Part shown: piece by piece, positions 27,278 to 33,311 of the stretch | Layout of the letters: each line of letters begins with the position of its first letter | How positions within the stretch are numbered: position 1 is the stretch's first letter | Notes under the pieces: generated by a model | What the model saw: the letters and a program-made list of their open reading frames with translations, nothing else | Told to the model about the DNA's origin: nothing | Databases searched by the model: none | NCBI GenBank assembly: GCA_040752695.1 | Contig: JBFMGO010000065.1 | Span: 1-33,311, forward strand | Direction: 5' to 3' | DNA from: a bacterium | GTDB lineage: Bacteria; SZUA-182; DTGQ01 | Length of the DNA: 33,311 bases | Made by a program: the position numbers and the translations under genes

Positions 27278-27365
27278 ATTTCATATTATCCGATCATATC
27301 CGGTTGTATCCGATCATGCCGGATACTGACGAACCCTCATGGTTCCGGACATGGAACCTGATAAA

Positions 27366-27935
27366 TCATATCGGCTCAGGGCTGCCTTGAGAAGAGGGCG
27401 TACCTTCCCGGCTGCCTTTCGAAGAACGCGCACCGCCTCGCAGGGAGTCGTCCGAATAGTACCGCAGACGGGAAAACTGATAGTGGCAGACAGCGACAGC
27501 CAGGGCGTCCGAGGCATCGTCATGGACCTTCAGTTCCTTCAGGTTTAATAAAACCCTGACCATTTTTCTGACCTGATCTTTGGTGGCTCTCCCATAGCCG
27601 ACGATGGCCTCTTTGACCTGCAAAGGGGTGTATTCATAGATCGCGACCTGAGCCTTGACAGCCACAAAGACAGCCACACCCCGCGCCTGCCCCAGCTTTA
27701 AGGCAAGCCGCGGGTTAGTGGCAATAAAGATATCTTCGACAGAAATTTCACCTGGATGGAATTTTTCAATAATCTCTTCCAGTGAAATTCCTATTTTCTT
27801 TAACCGCGCAGGAAAACAGTCTTCCGAAGAAGTCTTGATAATGCCGACATCAAGAAGGGTCAGTTCCTGATTCCGGCACTCGACCACCGCATAGCCGGTA
27901 TGGGCTATACCAGGATCAATGCCCATGATGCGCAT
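27366..27935 (-). CDS. ruvC: Crossover junction endodeoxyribonuclease RuvC
   Basis: IMGIDPG, KLGQARGV, EYTPLQVK, GYGRATKDQV, DASDALAVA. Confidence 0.98.
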   Translation of the reverse strand: MRIMGIDPGIAHTGYAVVECRNQELTLLDVGIIKTSSEDCFPARLKKIGISLEEIIEKFHPGEISVEDIFIATNPRLALKLGQARGVAVFVAVKAQVAIYEYTPLQVKEAIVGYGRATKDQVRKMVRVLLNLKELKVHDDASDALAVAVCHYQFSRLRYYSDDSLRGGARSSKGSREGTPSSQGSPEPI

Positions 27936-28014
27936 GAGTATTCTCCTTGTGAGACGGGCACTTTCGACTTCTCCCTTTTTATGCTGTACTCATGATGCTG
28001 TACTCATGATGCCT

Positions 28015-28764
28015 TCAGGCTCCGAGGCGCTCCATAACTTCATCCGGAATATCGAAATTGGCAAAGACATGCTGCACATCGTCATGGTCTTCCAGTTGTT
28101 CCATTAACTTGAGCATTTGCTCTGCTGATTTGCCTTCCAGATTGACCGTGGTTTTCGGGATGCGGCTGACCTCGGAGACAGAAACCTCGATTCCTTCCTT
28201 CTCGATAGCCTCTCGCACCGTTTGCACTTCTTCGGGCAGAGTATAGATCTCGAAAACGTCATCGTTACGCTTCATGTCTTCGGCGCCGGCATTGAGAGCG
28301 ATTTCCATCAGCTTGTCTTCTTCTGCCTTGTCCGCATCGACGACGATCAGACCTTTTTTATCGAACATCCAGGCCACGCAGCCGGTCTCGCCAAGGTTAC
28401 CGTTATGCTTGGAGAGAATATGACGCATTTCAGCTACGGTCCGGTTTTTGTTGTCGGTCATGATCTCGATCATCAGCGCTACGCCGCCGGGGCCATACCC
28501 CTCGTAGAGCAGTTCTTCATACGATACCCCCGGCAGTTCCCCGGTTCCTTTTTTAATAGCCCTGATGACATTATCCTGGGGCATATTGACTGCTTTCGCA
28601 TTGGCAATGGCCGCCCGGAGTCGGGCATTGCCATTGGGATCACCGCCTCCCATCCTGGCTGCGACCGTAATCTCCTTGATTACCGCCGTAAACGCCTTTC
28701 CCCTCTTGGCATCAAGGGCAGCTTTTTTGTGTTTGATTGAACTCCATTTTGAATGTCCTGACAT
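28015..28764 (-). CDS. yebC: YebC/PmpR family protein
   Basis: [41 protein letters not shown]. Confidence 0.98.
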   Translation of the reverse strand: MSGHSKWSSIKHKKAALDAKRGKAFTAVIKEITVAARMGGGDPNGNARLRAAIANAKAVNMPQDNVIRAIKKGTGELPGVSYEELLYEGYGPGGVALMIEIMTDNKNRTVAEMRHILSKHNGNLGETGCVAWMFDKKGLIVVDADKAEEDKLMEIALNAGAEDMKRNDDVFEIYTLPEEVQTVREAIEKEGIEVSVSEVSRIPKTTVNLEGKSAEQMLKLMEQLEDHDDVQHVFANFDIPDEVMERLGA

Positions 28765-28783
28765 CGACTAATTATCCTCCTCG

Positions 28784-30874
28784 TTATGATTCTTCTTTTT
28801 CTTTTTTCGCTTCAGCGACAATCTTATCTAACAGGTGAGCAGGTACCTCATCATAGTGAGAAAATTCCATCGTGAAATTCCCACGGCCACCGGTCATTGA
28901 TATCAGATCCGGTGCATATTTCATCATTTCAGCCATGGGAACTTCCGCCCGAATGATCTGATAATGCCCCTTCGTATCGATGCCTTGTATTCGCCCCCTT
29001 CTCGAATTGAGATCACCCATGATATCTCCCATGGACTCTTCCGGGACAATGACAGCCACCTTCATAACAGGTTCTAAAAGAGTAGGTTTGCATTCCATAA
29101 ATCCTTTTTTAAAGCCCATGGAACCTGCAATTTTAAAGGCCATTTCCGAGGAATCTACAGCATGAAAAGATCCGTCGTACAGTGTAACCCGTACATCGGT
29201 AACCGGAAACCCGGCCAGAATTCCCTCTTCCATAGCTCCCACGATTCCCTTTTCTACAGCAGGAATATACTGCCTGGGGATAACCCCGCCCACAATCTTA
29301 TCAACAAATTCAAATCCTCCGCCTTTCGGGAGGGGCTCGATTTCGAGCCACGTATCACCATACTGCCCTCTTCCTCCTGACTGCCTCTTATATTTGCCCT
29401 GAATCTTGGTTGATGCCCGAATGGTTTCCTTATAGGGTATTTTCGGTGTCTTGAGAAGGACCTCTGTTCCGAACTTTCTCTTCATCCGGTCGATGGCCAC
29501 CTCGATATGGATTTGTCCCATACCGGAGATGATGAACTCTTTGGTCTGAGGATCGCGGGCAACGTGAAGGGTCGGATCCTCTTCCTGCTGCCGGTGCAGA
29601 GCATTACTGACCTTGTCCTCGTCACCTTTGGTCTTCGGCTCGATGGCAAAAGAGATGATCGGTGTGGGGAATGTTACCGGTGGAAAGATAATCGAATGGT
29701 GGTCATCGCTGAGGGTATCACCCGTTGTGGTTTCCTTCAGTTTTACGAAAGCGGCAATGTCCCCCGCCTTGACCCGGTCATAATTCTGATGATTTTTTCC
29801 CATGAGGGCAAAAATCTGACCGATCTTTTCCTTACAGTCTTTCGTTGTATTGTAGACAGTGGAATCCGAGCTCAAAGACCCGGAAAAAACCCGGAAGATC
29901 GTTAACTTGCCTGAATAGGGATCAGCAATGGTTTTAAAGACGAATGCGGAAAAAGGCTCTTCCTCTGAGGCTTTGCGGGTGATTGTCTCTCCAGCCTTGT
30001 TTGTCCCCTCGACTTCCGGACGGTCCAAAGGAGAAGGCATGAAGTCCACGATCATATCCATGAGCTGCTGAATACCCATGTTTTTCATAGCGGAACCACA
30101 GAGCACAGGGGTGAATGTCATGTTTTTAATACCCTTACGGAGGCTGGATTGCAGCTCTTCCGGGGTCAGCTCCTCACCGTCCAGGTATTTCTCCAGCAGG
30201 CTGTCGTCCGCTTCGGCGATCGTTTCGATCATCTTTTGGCGATACTCTTCCACCCGGTCCTTGAGATCGGCGGGGATGCTTTCTTCCTGATATTCTCCGC
30301 TGTCATCTCCTTTGTAAACATACGCTTTCTGATTGAACAGGTCGATAATGCCCTTAAAGGTCTGCTCAGCGCCGATCGGCAAATACAAAACCAAAGGATT
30401 CATGCCGAGGGAGTCGGAAAGCTCTTCTACCGTGCGGTAGAAGTCAGCCCGCTCACGCCCCATCTTATTGATAAAGACCAGGACAGGAATGTTTAATTCC
30501 CTGGCCTGAGACCAGAAATTTTCCGTTTGTACCTTTACCCCGCCAACAGCGCTGATAACCAGAATGGCACTGTCGATAACGCGCAGTGTCCCTTTGGCAT
30601 CAGCTATGAAATTGATATCGCCGGGCGTATCGATGATATTGATTTTATGTTTTTTCCACTCGCAGTAAGCCAGAGCGGAGTTGATCGTTAGCTTTCGGGA
30701 GATCTCATCAGGCTCATAATCCAGATTGGAAGACCCGTCATCGACTTTTCCCAATCTGTTCACCATTTTGGCATCAAAGAGCATAGCTTCGGCTATCGAC
30801 GTTTTGCCCTCGCCTCCATGGGATAACAATCCTACATTCCTTAACTTATCAATTTGATACTCTTTTACACTCAT
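28784..30874 (-). CDS. fusA: Elongation factor G paralog (EF-G2 type, outside the str operon)
   Basis: Full five-domain EF-G (DTPG, GMGQIH, QSGGRGQYG, GSFHAVDSSEMAF, LLEP) with G1 SHGGEGKT instead of AHIDAGKT. Confidence 0.93.
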   Translation of the reverse strand: MSVKEYQIDKLRNVGLLSHGGEGKTSIAEAMLFDAKMVNRLGKVDDGSSNLDYEPDEISRKLTINSALAYCEWKKHKINIIDTPGDINFIADAKGTLRVIDSAILVISAVGGVKVQTENFWSQARELNIPVLVFINKMGRERADFYRTVEELSDSLGMNPLVLYLPIGAEQTFKGIIDLFNQKAYVYKGDDSGEYQEESIPADLKDRVEEYRQKMIETIAEADDSLLEKYLDGEELTPEELQSSLRKGIKNMTFTPVLCGSAMKNMGIQQLMDMIVDFMPSPLDRPEVEGTNKAGETITRKASEEEPFSAFVFKTIADPYSGKLTIFRVFSGSLSSDSTVYNTTKDCKEKIGQIFALMGKNHQNYDRVKAGDIAAFVKLKETTTGDTLSDDHHSIIFPPVTFPTPIISFAIEPKTKGDEDKVSNALHRQQEEDPTLHVARDPQTKEFIISGMGQIHIEVAIDRMKRKFGTEVLLKTPKIPYKETIRASTKIQGKYKRQSGGRGQYGDTWLEIEPLPKGGGFEFVDKIVGGVIPRQYIPAVEKGIVGAMEEGILAGFPVTDVRVTLYDGSFHAVDSSEMAFKIAGSMGFKKGFMECKPTLLEPVMKVAVIVPEESMGDIMGDLNSRRGRIQGIDTKGHYQIIRAEVPMAEMMKYAPDLISMTGGRGNFTMEFSHYDEVPAHLLDKIVAEAKKEKEES

Positions 30875-30950
30875 TGATGAGATCTCCTTTCAAGTGTGAA
30901 TGCGCACCAACCTACGCTTCTTTAATTATTTCCATGGGCCTGATTTTTCT

Positions 30951-30979
30951 ACGGTAACAAAAAAAAACCTTGCTGTCAA
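30951..30979 (-). promoter_or_regulatory. Sigma-70 promoter for the EF-G2-yebC-ruvCAB unit
   Basis: Minus strand TTGACA-17 nt-TACCGT with extended -10 TG. Confidence 0.7.
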
Positions 30980-31056
30980 GCAGTGATAACCTCCCGCCTG
31001 ATAGCCGTAGAGCACCTGTATCTCCGATGATTACAGCAGTTAACGTGAACTGGAAG

Positions 31057-31280
31057 CTGGTATCCAGGCACTGGCTGCCAGTTGCTCGGTATCTGGCTGC
31101 GAGATATCTATCTGCCGGGTATCTCTAGCTAGGTACTAGCTGCCGGGTATCTATCTGCCAGGTAGTGGGTATCCAGGTACAAGGTATCTATCTGCCGGGT
31201 ATCTAGGTACGAGCAACTACGTACTGGGTATCTCGCTCCCAGATATCTAACAACAAGGTATCTGGATACAAGGTATAAGA
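31057..31280. repeat. Degenerate 14/15-bp tandem array (GGTATCTATCTGCCG-like)
   Basis: (G/A)TATC recurs at 31089, 31104, 31119, 31147, 31169, 31184, 31199, 31228, 31243 and 31258. Confidence 0.85.
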
Positions 31281-31296
31281 TATTCGGAATGCATTC

Positions 31297-32073
31297 CTAG
31301 CCCGCGGAAAGTTCTTCAAGCCTTTCTACTTCATCGAGAGAAAGAAACCGGCTTTCTCCCGGTTGCAGGCCTTTGAGACTCAAAAAAGCGAACCTGGTAC
31401 GTTTCAATTTTAAAACCGGATGGCCAAGGGCCTCAAACATCCTTCTAATCTCCCTGTTCTTCCCTTCGTGAACAACTACGGAAAGCCAACTGTTCCTTTG
31501 GGTGGTTTTGGTCAGAGAGACAGAATCAGCCGTTATTCGGTCCCGTCCATGATAGATTCCTTTCTTTAACTGATGAACAACCTCTTCTTCCTTAAGAACA
31601 CCTCTTACCTTGACCAGGTAACCCCGCGGGACCTGATGCTTGGGATGAGTCAAGGCATTGGATAATTCACCGTCGTTGGTCAGGAGCAGTAATCCTTCCG
31701 TGTTGTAATCCAGTCTGCCAACGGGAAAGACCCGATGGGCCATGCGTGGCAGGAGCTTCATGACCGTAGGTCTGTCCTGCTCATCGTGCAGAGAGGTGAT
31801 ATACCCGCGCGGCTTGTAGAGCAGAATGTAAATCTTCGGTACTTTCGCCGGGGGAGGAAGCTTTTTGCCTCGATAGGAAACATCATCCTCTTCCAGGTTT
31901 ACTTTGGTTCCAAGTTCGGTCACTATTTTGCCGTTAATCCGAACATCTCCATCGAGGATTAACTGCTCGCACTTTCTTCTCGAACCCAGGCCAGCCTGAG
32001 CTAATACTTTCTGTAATCGCATAGACTTTGAGGAAGTGATCATTTTTGTTCCATAATCATTTTTGTTCTGCAA
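31297..32073 (-). CDS. rluB: RsuA/RluB-family rRNA pseudouridine synthase (true start probably ATG 32043 or 32022)
   Basis: S4 domain RLQKVLAQAGLGSRR, KPRGYI, PVGRLDYNTEGLLLLTNDG, EGKNREIRRM; adjacent to scpB. Confidence 0.93.
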   Translation of the reverse strand: MQNKNDYGTKMITSSKSMRLQKVLAQAGLGSRRKCEQLILDGDVRINGKIVTELGTKVNLEEDDVSYRGKKLPPPAKVPKIYILLYKPRGYITSLHDEQDRPTVMKLLPRMAHRVFPVGRLDYNTEGLLLLTNDGELSNALTHPKHQVPRGYLVKVRGVLKEEEVVHQLKKGIYHGRDRITADSVSLTKTTQRNSWLSVVVHEGKNREIRRMFEALGHPVLKLKRTRFAFLSLKGLQPGESRFLSLDEVERLEELSAG

Positions 32074-32610
32074 TCATCTTTGTTCCATAACCTGATTAAC
32101 TTCATGCAGCGGTGGTAATTCGGAAAGGTCTTTCAACCCGAAATAGGTTAAAAAATCCTCAGTCGTTTTATATAAAATAGGGCGGCCGGGTACGTTTTTC
32201 CTCCCCCCTATCTTGATGAGCCGTGTCTCCAGGAGGCTTCGAATGACTCCACCGCTTTCAACTCCCCGCAGAGCTTCGACTTCCACTCTGGTGACGGGCT
32301 GCTTATAAGCGATAATCGATAGGGTTTCCAGGGCGGATTTCGACATCTTCTTGCTTTTCGAGCGCGTCAGGAGTTTTTGGACATACTCCTCATATTGCTT
32401 CTTGGTGCACATCTGGAATCCATTGGCAATTTCAACAACCTGAATCCCGCGATGCTCAGCCCTGTACTCTTCCATCAACTCGGCAATAATCGTTCTGATT
32501 TCCCCCTTTTCCAGATCCGGAATAACCTCTTCAATTTTTTCCACGGTCAGGGGCTTGTCCTGAGTGAAGAGTAATGATTCTATGATAGGTTTGGTTTTCT
32601 CTCTGCTCAT
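32074..32610 (-). CDS. scpB: SMC-Scp complex subunit ScpB (start chosen at MSREK)
   Basis: IIESLLF, MSKSALETLSIIAYKQPVTR, RGV, PGRPILYKTTEDFL.YFGL. Confidence 0.97.
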   Translation of the reverse strand: MSREKTKPIIESLLFTQDKPLTVEKIEEVIPDLEKGEIRTIIAELMEEYRAEHRGIQVVEIANGFQMCTKKQYEEYVQKLLTRSKSKKMSKSALETLSIIAYKQPVTRVEVEALRGVESGGVIRSLLETRLIKIGGRKNVPGRPILYKTTEDFLTYFGLKDLSELPPLHEVNQVMEQR

Positions 32611-32773
32611 TGTACTGCGTACTGCGTCCATCATGCTTTGCTTATTGCGTCTATCAATACCTGGGACTGCGTCCATGTTCCCTGTAAGGACTGTGTCTAT
32701 GATACTCGTGCCTTGTCAAGTCCGAATTGACGGGTAAGATAACGACTCATGAGCTCAATTTGCCCCCCCCGGC

Positions 32774-32799
32774 GTCATTCTGAGCGAAAGCAAGAATCC
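32774..32799. repeat. Half of a REP/CIR-like miniature element
   Basis: GTCATTCTGAGCGAAAGCAAGAATCC resembles the dispersed GTCATTCTGAGCGAAGCGAAGAATC repeat end; no partner end seen. Confidence 0.6.
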
Positions 32800-32977
32800 A
32801 GGTACCTCTCAATATCCGATTCTGTGAGTCTTCCATCCCATAAGGTGAAAACGAAACCGTACAGTTATTTACGCCGCTGTAGTACCAGAAGACTCTGTCC
32901 ATCATATCTGCGTACTGCTCCATCATACTGCCTGTCGAAATACTGCCTGCAGAAACTCCTGCCCAATCGTAACTGCC

Positions 32978-33038
32978 ACTATAGCTATGACTATAGCTAT
33001 AGTCATAGTCATGATCATGGCTACAGTCATAACTACGG
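32978..33038. repeat. 6-bp degenerate tandem array (CTATAG/TCATAG)
   Basis: ctatag ctatga ctatag ctatag tcatag tcatga tcatgg ctacag tcataa ctacgg. Confidence 0.85.
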
Positions 33039-33198
33039 TGTAATATTAGCATAAAAAGCCAATTTGATCAATAATATCTACAGGAGCCCAAAAGACCGGG
33101 AGTGGAAAATCAGTCCCTTAGAGTTCACAAGACAAGGGACGACGCGGGAAGGGAGGCCACCCCCCCTTTTTCTCATTGACATAATCCTTTTTCATAGT

Positions 33199-33311
33199 TT
33201 ATTGTTGGCTATCAGTACCGGTATCGACAATAACAATGGTTAGACCTTGGGCTTTAAAAACCAATCGCTCGGCAATTGTTTTCTTGCCAAGCCAGCGTTT
33301 CCAGAGGGGAA
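33199..33311 (-). CDS. 3' end of a gene running off the window; possibly a USP/KdpD-like C-terminus
   Basis: Open frame PLWKRWLGKKTIAERLVFKAQGLTIVIVDTGTDSQQ* followed by a G/C hairpin near 33148-33172. Confidence 0.4.
   Translation of the reverse strand, partial: PLWKRWLGKKTIAERLVFKAQGLTIVIVDTGTDSQQ

Noticed and set aside
31057..31280. Repeat tract as CRISPR or iterons
   Set aside because: Degenerate 14/15-bp period, no spacers and no rep gene.
32747..33054. Two overlapping 101-aa ORFs on opposite strands
   Set aside because: They run through a hexamer array and a REP-like element, with no recognisable domain; not ScpA.

Overview
Bacterial chromosomal window. The housekeeping proteins look Desulfobacterota/Nitrospirota-like, but this is an impression, not a search result. 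From left to right: (1) an AT-rich protein ending in a cohesin plus dockerin pair; (2) a nitrogen-assimilation locus with two sigma-54-type promoters: small unknown ORF, glnA, a stand-alone NtrC/Fis-type HTH, then a split archaeal-type glutamate synthase (GltB1, GltB2, 4Fe-4S protein, FAD/NAD(P)H oxidoreductase, GltB3); (3) an AT-rich sulfatase-fold gene and an orphan UPF0175 gene; (4) a minus-strand accessory run (BaxI_1 membrane protein, GNAT, three SAM methyltransferases, PhzF); (5) nusA-infB without rimP/ylxR/rbfA; (6) an IS21 istB relic and a lipoprotein; (7) a minus-strand run scpB, rluB, EF-G paralog, yebC, ruvC, ruvA, ruvB, HEAT membrane protein, CPBP protease. The most striking unexplained signal is pervasive, mutually unrelated short tandem repeats. 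Inside genes their periods are multiples of 3 and add low-complexity insertions. Between genes they have any period and often begin on a start or stop codon. No CRISPR array, tRNA or rRNA was recognised.
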